Under the pieces are notes generated by a model that saw only the letters and a list, made by a program, of their open reading frames with translations, was not told the DNA's origin and made no database searches. A stretch of DNA of 55,113 nucleotides from Rhizodiscina lignyota (lineage: Eukaryota), in the NCBI GenBank assembly GCA_010015805.1, contig ML978126.1, positions 2,108,001 to 2,163,113 on the forward strand. Reading direction: 5' to 3'. The position numbers and the translations under genes were made by a program. Below are positions 12,254 through 24,888 of the stretch, in pieces. Position 1 is the first letter of the stretch. Every line of letters starts with the position of its first letter.

Positions 12254-13824
12254 TGTGTCTTCAGTCTTTATTAAGAGTATGGAGCTTGAGCTGTTAGGTG
12301 AGGAATGAGATTTATGATGTATACTACCACCTGGCATTTCCTACAGGAACGTGGAAAGTGATGTTTCCACGACATGGGTTTCGTCCTTCAATGCAAGAAA
12401 GAGTTAATGTTATTGTTTGCTAATTCTGCTTCTACGGGCTGCTAGCAATAAATTCTTTGTTTGACTGCTATACCAGCTAACACTACTGCTTAGTCACGAT
12501 CTGTGTTGTGTTTCTTTATCCTTGCCCGAAGTACCGCTGCAGTCGGCCTTGCTATCGGAATGACATGCTCCAAAAAGGCCATTCTGGATCAGCAATCGGA
12601 CCCAAATGTAGTGTATCTCTGCTACTTCTTAACATTAAAACCTTATCTGAACCAGGATCACATCCCTTACCAGGCTCATTCAAGACTTCACGAATAAGTG
12701 TACTCTATCCTAAGCAGCTGTTTAGTTCCCTTATATATTCCTTTAGTTTGGTTCAAATTAAAATACATGCATGAGGTGACTGCAGTGTAACAGGAGTCCG
12801 TTTCATTATGTCAGTTCGAGACACAATATCCGGTTGCAAAGCTTTGGAAGGAGAGGAGAAAAATGGTCAAGCCAGTGATAGTCGTGGATTTACCACAATC
12901 TCCTCGATATACAAACTATGCTATCTCAAAAAACTCCGGCTGTACGCGTGAGTAGCACCATTCTTCGGCAAAATGATGTGAACTAGTTCCTTCCAATCCA
13001 GTTGCGCATCAATCTCAAGCGTCATTGACGAAATCATCCAGTAACCAGTTCCTGTTCATGTCGTTCCCAGTCCAATTCATTTATGAAACCTCTCTCCGGT
13101 GACCAGGCCCTGATATCCCCCATTTGAGCTCATTTTCAGTATTATTTCCCGAGTCTTTGTTATTCGCATGGTACCAATAGAGACATACCATGTCTGGACA
13201 TTGGATTCAACAAGCCATGAGACAGACGAGTACCACTGTTTAGCGAGCTTCGACATTGAAGCGGAAGGAATGACCGAGTTAGAGACGGGCTAGAAACAAA
13301 AAATTCAAACACGAATAGCTTGCAAGCAAGAATAGCTAGCGCTGGCGAGCGGATGTCCACGACATGCGTAAGAGGAGCCTGCTGATGTTCGGGCTGGCTC
13401 GGGAGCTACGACGGATCGATGAGCAGGTACATAACAAACGTTGTTCTAGCAGTGGGATTGTCCAAGTAATATTGGCATTATGGTTCGAATATCAGTTCGC
13501 AATGATAAGGAGACGAAGGCCTCCCAACATAAGGAGCTTAGAGAAGGATTACAGAAAGAAAGAGAGTTTGAAGCAGCGGAAGGAAAGAAGCCGCGACACG
13601 CTTAGTCAGGGGTGATTCAGCCATAGGATATTCTGCTTCCGCCCCCCCAGCGGCGAAGCGAAATCAATGCCAATTGCGCATTTTCCCTGCGCCATCCGAT
13701 CCAAGGAGATGGAGCCTGCAAATGTGGAAAAGAGTGCGGTATCAGGATCTAGGGGTTCACTCGTTTGCGGGGTGCGCCTCTTTTGCAGATAGACAAACAG
13801 CTCGCAGAGAAACAGCTCGCAGAG

Positions 13825-13830
13825 CCTCGG
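13825..13830 (+). promoter_or_regulatory. CCTCGG, candidate FarA/FarB-type fatty-acid response element
   Basis: Exact CCTCGG about 130 bp upstream of the Fox2-like ATG, immediately after a 15-bp tandem duplication (AAACAGCTCGCAGAG x2). The hexamer alone is weak evidence. Confidence 0.35.
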
Positions 13831-13961
13831 CATCCATCCCCGCCAGGTCCGCATCAACCACGGGTAAGATGGCATCGTAATCCAGGTTTTTATTTGAGTT
13901 CATGATTTTCTCATCTTGGAGCAAACTGCCTTGAACGATATGTGAACAAGCTCTTCTCACT

Positions 13962-16038
13962 ATGGCGGAACTGCGTTTCGATAATCAGGTTGTTGTCATC
14001 ACCGGAGCGGGAGCAGGATTGGGCAGAGAATATGCGAGACTGTTCGCGTCACGGGGCGCCAAAGTTGTCGTGAATGACCTTGGCGGCTCGTTCAGGGGAG
14101 AAGGGAGTAGTTCAAAGGTATGTCTCGGGCAATGTTAGAGTGGAAGTCATGTTATGATTCTGACATGTTTTCGCAGACAGCCGACGCGGTGGTGAAGGAG
14201 ATCAAAGATGCCGGCGGAATCGCTGTTGCAAACTACGATAGCGTGGAATATGGCGAAAAAATCATCGACACTGCTATCAAGAACTTTGGTAGAGTTGATG
14301 TTTTGATCAACAATGCTGGCATCCTCCGTGACATCACTGTCAAGAACATGAAAGATGCGGACTGGGACCTCATTATGACCGTTCACCTGACGGGGGCTTA
14401 CAAGACGACGCGAGCAGCATGGCCGCATTTCAGACGCCAGAGGTACGGCAGAGTTATCAACACGTCGTCGAGCTCGGGGTTGTTTGGAAATTTTGGGCAG
14501 GGTAACTACGCTGGTAAGTCGAGACATCTACCATTCAACCCCAGCTATGGGAGACATGGCCGCAATGAGAAGCTCACAAGAATTAGCTGCAAAACTTGCT
14601 CTTATCGGATTGACGGAGACGCTTGCGAAGGAGGGTGCAAAGTACAACATCCATGCGAACGCCCTCGCTCCTGGAGCCGCCAGCCGTCTCACAGAAACTG
14701 TTTGGCCGCCCGACATGATGAAGCTCATGACACCAACATGGGTGGTACCGCTCGTAGCGGTTCTCGTTCACTCCTCCAACAAGGAGACGGGTAGTATCTT
14801 TGAGGCAGCAGCTGGCCATTTTTCGAAAATCCGCTGGGAGCGCTCAAAGGGGCTACTGCTTCGACCAGATGATTCGTTGAACCCAGATGCTGTCCTCAAA
14901 GGTTGGAATACCATCATCGATTTCAAGGATGCAGAGCACCCGAATAGGGTGGCCGACAGCATGGGCCTGTTGCGGAAGGCATTGCAGCTGCCGAAGAATG
15001 CGCCCAGCCAATCATTCGACTTTAAGGGGAGAGTTGCCCTTGTGACTGGCGGAGGTGATGGTCTCGGTCGGGCTTATTGTCTCCAGTTCGCTAAACTCGG
15101 AGCGAAGGTTGCCGTCAACGATCTCGCTCGTGCGGATAATGTCGTCCAAGAAATTAAGGGCATGGGCGGCGATGCCATTGCGATCAAAATGTCGGTGGAG
15201 AAAGGTGATGAAGTCGTAAAGGCAGTCATCGATGCGTTCGGCCGTATTGACATTGTCATCAACAACGCCGGCATTCTGCGCGACAAGGCCTTCCAGAACA
15301 TGACAGACAACCTCTGGTTCCCTGTGCTCAACGTCCATCTTCGCGGTACTTACAAAATTACAAAAGCGGCGCTCCCGCACATGCTTCGGCAGAAGTACGG
15401 TCGCATAGTTAATATCACGTCGACAAGTGGGATATACGGAAACTTTGGACAGGCGAACTATGCCGCTGCGGTACGCACGAGAGCAGGACCTGTTTGATTC
15501 GCACAAGCTAACGATTTTCAGAAATGCGGTATTGTTGGGTTCACAAAGACGATGGCTCGCGAGGGTGCCAAGTACAACATTTACGTCAATGCGGTCGCAC
15601 CATCAGCGGGGACAAACATGACAAGAACGGTTCGGCCAGAGGAAGAGGTTCAAGCAATGAGACCGGATTTTGTTGCGCCACTTGTTGCTGTGCTGTGCAG
15701 CGATAAGTGTCCGACGCCAACGGGTGGGCTGTACGAGGCTGGCACGGGATGGTTTGCGGCTACAAGATGGCAGCGTACGCGAGGTGCGGACTTTGCTCAC
15801 GACCAGGGGATACCGGCTCCAGAGGCCGTTCAAAAGGTAGGTACCCCTGATTAGCGACAGCTTGTGCTTTGGAAAAACTTGCGCTAACGCTTTGCAGCTC
15901 TTTGCCAAGATATGCGACTTTGATGATGGCGAGGCTGACAACCCAGAATCACCGGCGGATGGCAGCAAATGGAGTATGGCGAATGTAGCAAGAAGCACCG
16001 GCACGCAGCTCAGTCGCCGGAGAGGACCTCATCTGTGA
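13962..16038 (+). CDS. Fox2/MFE-2-like peroxisomal tandem 3-hydroxyacyl-CoA dehydrogenase (two SDR domains, no hydratase-2 domain)
   Basis: Exons 13962-14117, 14177-14513, 14587-15470, 15522-15836, 15898-16038, all with GT-AG introns. Two copies of TGxGxGLG / NNAGILRD / GNFGQxNYAAAK. Ends ...RRGPHL-stop (PTS1-like). Confidence 0.9.
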
Positions 16039-16616
16039 TTGGAAATTGTATCAGAGTGGGAAAAGTATGATCGTTTCAAACCTGAATTGGTCGACCTTGG
16101 GTGGGTACGTTTCTTGTACATGGAGTTATGCTTGAAATCCAGCTCAACTCTGTGGATCATGCCCAGTCGAGAACCAGTTCTTCAAGCCCCTTAAATTACA
16201 GTGCAATTGCCGCCGACTATAACTATCATCATGATCCACAGGCTCGTGCCCATTTTCATCCCCATATTGTCCAAATGTACGCATAGGTAAGGCGTAACGA
16301 TAGGCTCAGCCATGTTGTCGCCTGATTGACTCTTATGTGGGGGATTTTTGCTCCGTGGACTCCTGCATTTTCTGGCTCTGGGCTTTGATATCGTGGATCG
16401 GGTGTACTATGGGAGAACTCCGGGATTTCCTCGGGATGGAGCTGGACGTGATATTCAGTGGCTTCCTTGCTTGGATCCCAGTTTTCGATCAACGTCATTG
16501 TACCACGAGCACAATGTCAATGGCTGTGGCTGTGCCAGAGCACCTTCAACTTCCTCTACTTAGTGGAGTTGCTCCCTTCTTCCTCATTCCGCCCGACATA
16601 ACATGAATCCATCACC

Positions 16617-17764
16617 ATGCGGCTTGCTTTACCCTTCTACGCGTCACAGCTCTTCGTGCTGGCAGATGCCATCTACCATCACCATTCTCGAGAGATCGTC
16701 GCACGAGAAAGTCCGAGTTCCAAATCCACAGTTCCACTTGTTATCACGAATAGCTGTAGAGACACAATCTGGCCTGGGATAGAGACTCAGGGCGGTGATG
16801 GACCTGACAGCAATGGCTTCGAACTCCAGCCAGCCTCGCAGAAGAACCTGAGTGTCGCTATCAACTGGAATGGGCGTGTCTGGGCGAGGACAAACTGTAC
16901 ATTTGATAGTATTGGCACAGGCTCCTGCGGGACGGGGGACTGTGGAGGGAAGCTCAATTGCACGGGCACTGTATTGTTCCTCCCAGCAACTATGCAATTT
17001 TGTTGACTAACGGGGCTTTAATGTAGGGGACAGCTGCTACTCTCGCTGAGTTTAACCTGCCAGCATACGAAAATCAGTCGTTCTATGACATTTCGCTGGT
17101 CGACGGTTATAACCTTCCACTTGCGATTCAAGTGATTCCAAACCCACATGGGGGAAGCGCACCGCCGCCGAACAACACGAACCCTTCTTGTGTTGGAAGC
17201 GTCGAGTATCTCGCACCAAGCGACTTCAATCCATACTCTTCTCCCAATCAGCAATTCCTTGGCACATCGTCTTCGAACCCTCTGCCCTTCGACTCCGACA
17301 TAAGCTCACGAGACGCATCCACGTGGTGTCCATACGATCTCCAACAAAATCCATTGAAGGACATTGGCGGGGAACGATGTCCTTGTCTGGCAGGCGCAGA
17401 CGCGGCACACCCACCTTTCAATCCATGCCTCTCTGCTTGCTCAAAGTATGGAGATGCGAAATTTTGCTGCGTCGATAAGTACGACTCGGCGAGCAATTGC
17501 GGCCCGAATTACTATTCGGAGGCAGCAAAGCGCATCTGTCCGGACGCGTATAGCTATGCCTATGACGACGACAAGTCGACATTCGCAGTATCGACCGGTT
17601 CTGGCTTCGAAGTCGTGTTTTGCCCAGGAGGCAGGAGCACCACCATCTTGAAGACACTTGCGATGGGCAACAGCGCAACGTCGGCTGGTTTCCAACTGGC
17701 CACCGATTGGAAGTGGACGTTGGTGGCCATCTCCATTTCCATGTTTGTTACTGGTTTTGCATGA
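16617..17764 (+). CDS. Secreted thaumatin-like protein (PR-5/GH152) with hydrophobic C-terminus
   Basis: Signal peptide, TNSCRDTIWPG, WNGRVWARTNC and CGTGDCGG. Intron 16971-17026. Then ATLAEF, FYDISLVDGYNLP, CPDAYSYAYDD, FEVVFCP and a terminal hydrophobic segment. Confidence 0.93.
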
Positions 17765-18277
17765 TTTGCGTTGGATACCCGATTGTACTCACTGAAGCGT
17801 AGAAGAGCTTGCCTGGCGCAATCTCTACTGAGCATATCCGAAGCCTGTAAATGGCTGATTATTATCATTTGAATGATATGTTGATATCAAGTTCATCTAT
17901 TTAGAACAATTTCTCCACCATCGTGAATGTAACACTTCGGATGACCAACTCGGTAAACTCCATCATTCGCGGTGAAGCCGCCAATACTTCGTACTGAATA
18001 TAGATAGCAATAGCATGCCCCTCTACCCGCCTCCAGCTCATAAGAAATATCGTACTGCGGATGTGAGACGGGCCAGTGATGCAGGGATGTCCCAAAAAGT
18101 GTAACGGCAAACCATTCGGCTGGTGGCCCCAGCGTCTGGAACTTCCGCCATCTGCATCAAACTAAACACGATTAAAGTTTCGCGCAGAGCCAGCTCCACT
18201 CTATGTCAAGAATGTTTATGACACATGTCTATGAATGAAACTTCTTCTTCGGTGCAGCAATCTCGATCGAAGCGAGA

Positions 18278-20739
18278 ATGGGTGGACTTGATGACAAGTC
18301 GATAGAGAGAAAGCACAACATCAGCTACGGCTTGGCTATTAGAAAGTTGAAGAATGTACTCTACAGAAGCAATTTAGGTGCGCATAAAGTCCTTAGTTTG
18401 GATAAAGTTGACATTGCTCCGCAGACACCACAGAAAGCGCACGAACGAAGCGTTCAGCGAGCAAAGAGAAGCAATTAGGAAAGCGCGGCGGGTGCGACAC
18501 ATGCAGAAAGATCCTCAGCGCAATTCAAGACCACGGTAAAGATCACTTCTCAGTCAGCCTGGGCAAAGTGCATGAGTTACTCTCATCACGCTGTCCTCGG
18601 CATTGCGCAGTGGTCGAGCAGGCATGGGTGAAGTTCCAGCAACAGCTAGATCACCCCGATCAAAGTAGCCAACACGACTACGAAATCATGGTCTGGCGGT
18701 CCTGCTTCTCGACATCAATCAGCCTCAACTTTAAACAGAACGACGAATTCTGTGCTACAAAGAGTCCACTCCCACTACTAGAGGTTGTCAGGAACGCTTC
18801 CCCATCCGGCAAACATGGCCAAGGTCTCTTACTGGATCGCTCTTGGATTAACATCGATCGCCTGTCCGAATGGTATAGCGACTGCAAAAGCAGTCATGGC
18901 GACCACTGCGCGAGCCCTCTATACCTTGCACAGTCTCCGTATCCGACTCTTCGATTCTTGATCGACACGGCCAACAAATGTCTCGTCTCAGCTCCGCCGA
19001 AATGCTCATACATCGCGTTAAGCTACGTTTGGGGCCAGGTTGAATGCCTCAAGGCAACTTCTGCAAACTTGGCCGTGCTCTGCGAATCCCATTCTTTGAA
19101 TCAAGCAACCGTGAAGGGCAAGATCCCGAAGACCATTATGGACGCCATGTACGTGGTAGAGTCGTTAGGAGAACGCTATCTGTGGACAGATGCCATCTGC
19201 ATTGTCCAAGATGATGAGGATATGATGAGAGAGCAACTGAATTCAATGGCCTCCATTTACGCGCACGCGAGCCTCGTCATTGTGGCTGCGACCGGATCCG
19301 ATGCTGGACATGGCCTACCTGGCATCCAAGGTGTTCCAAATGCAGTACCACGATGCCTTGAGCAAAAAACTATACTTTTCGGAGATGCGTTGCTTTTGCA
19401 GCGCAACTTTTCCGAGTGCAATGAACGATCCGGTCGACAGGAAGAGTATTGGAAACGCGGCTGGACATTTCAAGAATACATGTTTGCTCGACGACGAATC
19501 GTTTTTGAGAAAGACAGCGTCTGCTTCGAATGTTGTACATTTACTCAGTATGAAGACATAAACACGAGCACGGAGAACCCAGTTTGGGATCCAGGAGAGT
19601 TTCGGACCTTGCTCGAGGTTGGGTATCCGTCGCTCACAATGTTCATGCACATTGTCAACAGATTCAACCAGAAAGACCTGACATATCCGGAAGACTGTCT
19701 CAGCGCATTTGCAGGCTCTCTCTCGACGTTTGCGAAGGCTTTTAAGGGTGGGTCATTATGCGGCCTGCCGGAATTGTTCTTCGATGTCGTACTGCTGTGG
19801 CAGCCTGCGCACGACTTGAAGCGGCGTGTGCCTCTTAGAAATGAATACCGCAGAGGTAAAACAGCTTCGAGTCTGCCAAGTTGGAGTTGGGCTGGCTGGC
19901 AAGGCGGACTTGACGGGTGGAGCTGGGCAACTGGCTGCGATTTCATCGCGACCTGTAGTGGGCTCATTGCCGTCACCAAGAGAGAGACAATCCCTATCAC
20001 GACGTGGTACACTGCAGCAACACCGGATGCCAGCAAGGCTGGAAGACGTCCTATCAACGCCGAATGGTCTCATTGGAGAGATAAATACAAAACCAATCGA
20101 GGGGAGCTTCCGCCTGGTTGGCGAGCACATAGGCGTATTCTAAAACGCTCCCTCACTAATGAGCATGCTCCTCGTGGCCATGGAGACTTCCTTTATACTC
20201 ATCCATATGCTCAACATCAGGCGAGATTCTGGTATCCCGTACCCATTTGTGATCCCGATCCACAGCCAAAGATAAATCCCGACACACCCTACCTGTTCAG
20301 CCGCATACAGTCGGCGTGGCTCTACACATCTGGCGAAGTACTTCCATGTCGGCGACGTATCACATTCGTGCCCGATCCGCCCGACCCGGCACCATCCATT
20401 TCTCTGAGGGATCATCTTGGTGTATGGGCCGGCGTCCTTCGACTGCATTGCCGACAGGATATTGAAGACCTCCTGAAACAATCAAACTCCGTACCAACGC
20501 GCACCCAGCTCGTTGCAATATCTCGAGGGAGTATTCCCAATAACGCGGAGTACCCTGATGATTACCTGGAGGAATATGAGTTTGACGAGAGACCGAAAGA
20601 CAGTGATGTGTATGAATACTACGATGTTATCTGGATTGTGTGGGAAGATGGCGTCGCGTATCGGAAAGCACTCGGCAGAGTGACGAAGAAAATGTGGGAA
20701 GCGCAAGATGTGGAAACGATTGACCTGGTTTTGGGATGA
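18278..20739 (+). CDS. HET-domain (PF06985-type) heterokaryon incompatibility protein, intact
   Basis: Exon 1 18278-18377, intron 18378-18424 (GTGCGC..TTGAC..CAG), then an open frame to 20739. CDTC, YIALSYVWG, IPKTIMDAM, YLWTDAICIVQDD, MASIYAHA, WKRGWTFQE, LTYPEDCLSAF and PSWSWAGW. Confidence 0.92.
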
Positions 20740-20977
20740 AGCGACTTGTTTTAAGCTGAAAACTGGCTCTCCTATTCATGTCGTACTGCTAGGAGAGGCG
20801 CGGCTTATGGCTGAGGAGGCCATTCTTCCGCACAGGTTGCCTAATGCATCGAGGTGCGATATGCCAACCGAAACCTACTCTTCAATGAGGCTTCTGAGAT
20901 GTCCTGAAACCTGACGCTCAGTCACTAGTCCACGTCTGAAGTGACGTGGATGGCCCATTCTGTCTGCCGACTTCTCT

Positions 20978-21982
20978 CTACTCGCCACCCGAGTGACAAC
21001 CTTCCACGCTCCTGTTATCGACTGCTCCGGAGTGTGTGCTGAGTAACGGAGAAGTCTCACTTGCGCTGTAGTCCTGTGCTGCCTGCGTGTCCTCACGACG
21101 ACCGATCCATACACACCTGAGATACAGCACAAATTGTCCGATCGAGAATATCCCGAAGTCCAGAGTCGTCCAGCCACAAACCCAGCAAAGCCACAAGTAC
21201 AATGCGAGTGACCGGCCGTCACGCCGCCAGAAGTCAGGATCATTCTGAACCCTGAAAGCTTGGCTTCCGGCCAGCACAGCGTAGAGAACAGCTTGGGCAA
21301 GCAGCGTAGATGTGCTCAGAGTTTGCGGAGGTCCATTGAGATCGATCTCTACGTTCTGCGCGACAGTCGCAATGATTAAAGCTAGAGGGCAGAGAGGAAT
21401 CATGAACAGGTTGAGGAAGTCCACGAACGTTGGCAGGAGCTCGAGCGGGTTACGGAATGCATGTGTGGCGTGGTATATGCACGGCGCGAAGCACACAGTG
21501 GTTGCTGCGGCCCATAAAAAGATGAGGAGGAGCTTCAAAATTCGCTGGGGAGTGTAGGTCGCCCAAAGGAAGAAACTGCAGCTCATGAGATTCTTCCGAT
21601 GTGGAATGCAATTTGCAGACACGTACAAGGTACTTGCGCAGAGATAGCTCACGCCCAATTGCACAATACTAAGCCAGTCTCCAACAGAAGGCGGAGAGTG
21701 CATGAGGCTCTCCGGGATGTGAAAGACTCCGTTGTGCACGAGCGCCGCATATTCCAGAAAAACGGTGAATTGTACAAGGGCAACGAGATTGTTGATGAAG
21801 ACGTAGATTGGGGATATGCCAGTGCTGCTACCCTTTGATATCATCCGCTGGTATTGTGGGAGATATGAGGACGCTGTCAGGATAATGAGGAGTCTGGTGA
21901 GATTAGCGCACATTGCTGGTTTGGAGAGCGCATGGGAGCAGTACGAGTTGAAGATGGAAAGGGACAGCTTTTCAATAGACAT
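20978..21982 (-). CDS. PQ-loop-like multi-pass membrane protein
   Basis: SYLPQYQRMISKGSSTGIS PQ-loop motif, about seven hydrophobic segments, a probable in-frame 51-nt intron at 21626-21576, and an acidic dileucine ETSPLL near the C-terminus. Confidence 0.7.
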   Translation of the reverse strand: MSIEKLSLSIFNSYCSHALSKPAMCANLTRLLIILTASSYLPQYQRMISKGSSTGISPIYVFINNLVALVQFTVFLEYAALVHNGVFHIPESLMHSPPSVGDWLSIVQLGVSYLCASTLYVSANCIPHRKNLMSCSFFLWATYTPQRILKLLLIFLWAAATTVCFAPCIYHATHAFRNPLELLPTFVDFLNLFMIPLCPLALIIATVAQNVEIDLNGPPQTLSTSTLLAQAVLYAVLAGSQAFRVQNDPDFWRRDGRSLALYLWLCWVCGWTTLDFGIFSIGQFVLYLRCVWIGRREDTQAAQDYSASETSPLLSTHSGAVDNRSVEGCHSGGE

Positions 21983-22486
21983 GATCTGTAGATCCAGCGA
22001 TGCAGGCAGTGAATATGTCAAAGTAACTGTGTCAAATTTTAAGAGGATTCAGCTTCGTGTTCTTTCATAATCGGCATCTATTGGCCCACTCGTCTCCAAC
22101 CAGCCCCTGGCCTACTCCAAGATGAAATGATTCCGCATTCTCCATCAAGTCCAGTATATTGCGAGCTCCGTACAGCATTGTGCCAATAAAGAATATGCTT
22201 AACTAGCAGCTTTTGAGAACATAGATGAACATCTTGACTGTAACTTGAGGGCCTGGCCAATCATCGAATGTCGTCATCTGCCGCTTTTGCTCCGCTCGGC
22301 TCCTCCACCGAGGTCGAAGGAACATATTCCCGTAGCGCCATTTCTCTGGACCTGATTGTAAAGCATCTTTTCTAGCGAAAGACATGCAGTACTTGAGCTT
22401 CAATGCAGTGTCCCCGTTGATTTCATTTATTGGACTAGTTAAGAACATAGAGAGCGCTTACTGAGATCCTCCAGGCTCGATCAACC

Positions 22487-23458
22487 ATGGCCCCGAGTAA
22501 AGAATCCGGAGCGCTCGCAGAGCTTTTCAAATCGTTTGCACAGAATTTTCCCGACGATGGTAATGTCTACAAGCAGCGAGCAATCTACGACCAAGTGCAC
22601 AAAGCTGCATCAGAGGCGCCTGGCGTATCGTATGAAGACATCCACATTGCTGGGGGCATCCCATGCAAGTGGGTACGCCCTGAAGGAGCTTCCAAAAAGC
22701 ATGCCATTGTATTTATGCATGGCGGAGGTACGTTCTATCCATTCGCGCTGTTTACCGGCCCATCGTGTACTGACATGACTGCAGGTTTCAGTTTCGGCTC
22801 GACCAATGGACACAGAAAACTTGCGGCCCATCTGGCCAAGGCGTGCAATTGCCTAGCGCTGAGTGTAGAGTACCGTCTCACACCCGAGCATGTCTATCCA
22901 GCAGCGCTTGATGATTGCGTGACAGCCTACCAATGGTTACTCGACCAAGGCTTTGAAGCAAAGAACATTGTTACTGCTGGAGACTCGTGTGGCGGAGGCC
23001 TGAGCACGACCGTGCCATTGGCAGCTGTCAAAAGAGGTCTGCCAAAGCCCGGGGCTGCGGTATCGATCTCTCCTTGGTACGACTTGACGGGAGCTGGAGA
23101 GACGATGACGATCAATGAGGCCAACGACGTGCTGAACACGAAACCATTTGTCGCGGAACTCGCAAAGCGGTACACCAAGAATGCTAAGATGGAGGATCCG
23201 CTGATAAGTGCGCTTTTCGCAAGCGAAGACGAGTTGCGCCAGCTTCCGCCGCATTGGATTTCCGCAGGTGGCTATGACATGCTTTTGGATAACGCAACGC
23301 GCTTCGCGGAAAAAGCGAAGAAGGCGGGCCTCGAAGTTGTGCTCGAAATTCAAGAGGGCCAGCAGCATGTCATGGAATTCATGGCAGGCATGGCACCGGA
23401 GGCTGATGAATCGTTGAGAAAGATTGGCGAGTGGGTGAGGCAGAGGATTGGCAGTTAG
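22487..23458 (+). CDS. HSL-family alpha/beta-hydrolase (esterase / lactone hydrolase)
   Basis: HGGG oxyanion motif split by an in-frame 57-nt intron (22728-22784), EYRLTPEHVYPAALDD, nucleophile GDSCGG, GGYDML (Asp) and GQQHV (His). Confidence 0.92.
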   Translation: MAPSKESGALAELFKSFAQNFPDDGNVYKQRAIYDQVHKAASEAPGVSYEDIHIAGGIPCKWVRPEGASKKHAIVFMHGGGTFYPFALFTGPSCTDMTAGFSFGSTNGHRKLAAHLAKACNCLALSVEYRLTPEHVYPAALDDCVTAYQWLLDQGFEAKNIVTAGDSCGGGLSTTVPLAAVKRGLPKPGAAVSISPWYDLTGAGETMTINEANDVLNTKPFVAELAKRYTKNAKMEDPLISALFASEDELRQLPPHWISAGGYDMLLDNATRFAEKAKKAGLEVVLEIQEGQQHVMEFMAGMAPEADESLRKIGEWVRQRIGS

Positions 23459-24888
23459 CAGAATCATAGAACCAAAAAAGAAAAGCCTCGGCAAGATGAG
23501 AATGTCATTCTCGCTGCTTGTTTTGATGATCGAGCGCTAATAATTTGCGATCGGAGGCAAGTGTATCGTGTGGCGGTGGGTCTCCATGCTTCTCTGGCTT
23601 ATGAATGTTATGTTAGCTGAACAATCTGCCCAGATATGTAACCATTGTACTTTGAGAGCACCATGGTCGGTCTCTATACGAGACGGCTAACTCAAACCAC
23701 AATTGCGTCCGCGCCAGCGTGGCTCGGAGACAGTGGCCTTCTGACCTCTCAACGCATCCGCTTGTGCACAATGTCTTAGAGTATGTTCTCATGCAAATTG
23801 TTCGCTCTCTAGCCCTGAGGCCTGACAGACATTCCTGTCCGTCCCGTATGTTGACCAGAACTTCATCTGATGTCTCACTCTTGATTGTGCTGAATCTCCC
23901 GTATCGAGCGCACTGTGTCCCAAGACATCCACCGATGCATCCATTCACTGCGACAATAGTCTTGCTTCCATCCACAATACACAACGTTGCAATGATGCTT
24001 CAGAGTCTACGGTCCGGTCGAGTAAGGTTTGGAGAGACTGTGGGAGAAGGAATTGATTCTCGAGCTCGGCTGACAGCGCTTAATATGGAAATCTCGAAAA
24101 AGACGTATGATTGAGTTGACATCGTGCACTGTCAACCTCGTTTCAGTTGTTGATGGGTTCGCATGTGAAGGATTCGAAGGCGTACTTTCTAGGCAGAAGT
24201 CATCCTGGAAGTATTCCTTGCGGCGTGGCTCAGTACTTGACAGCTATGTTGTGGTATCGGAGTGTTGAATGGATGGATCCTCAATCTTTCTCGCTGTGGT
24301 GAAGAATTGGTTAGTCAATTTACAATGTAGCATTCGGAAAGCTGGGATGGATGGAAAGATGTTCACAACGCGGAATCACGTGGCCGCGCGAAATGACCTC
24401 GGAATTGAAGCCCTAACCCTGCAGCAATGGAGCCTGATAATATCAAGTGTAAGATTACCTAGAAGAGCCTCTATCGAACTTAATGAGTACATTTGGCATG
24501 AGATGAACCTCCGTACATGTTGGGCAATACGATCAGGATCAGACGGCAAGACATGGGCAGCTCCATCGGGCTTGCAAACATAGCACATCTTCGATAAGCT
24601 CAAGACCACCTTACGATTCCTTCGTTTGCTTTGCCATTTCAATTAACAAACCCAATTGAGAGACTCCCGACTTAGTACTGCAAGCAATGTGGAGAAGTCT
24701 GGCATGAATGAAAGTCATGCCCAGGCATGGATGCCATAAGTCCAATGAAGCAAATATGAGATTTGCTCTTTCGAGCGCAGGCCCTGATGCTAAGTACTTA
24801 AGGATTAAGTTAGATAAGTGTCGAGAAGATTCATTGCTGTGTGAAAGTAAGCCATCTTTTTGCACAGTATCGTCCCGTACGTCTCGTA

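Noticed and set aside
22308..22313. CCGAGG (Far-type site) upstream of the esterase
   Set aside because: A single hexamer, expected by chance every few kb, with no supporting context.
23600..24700. Short ORFs and possible decayed coding sequence
   Set aside because: No recognisable motif or consistent frame; cannot be supported as a gene by eye.
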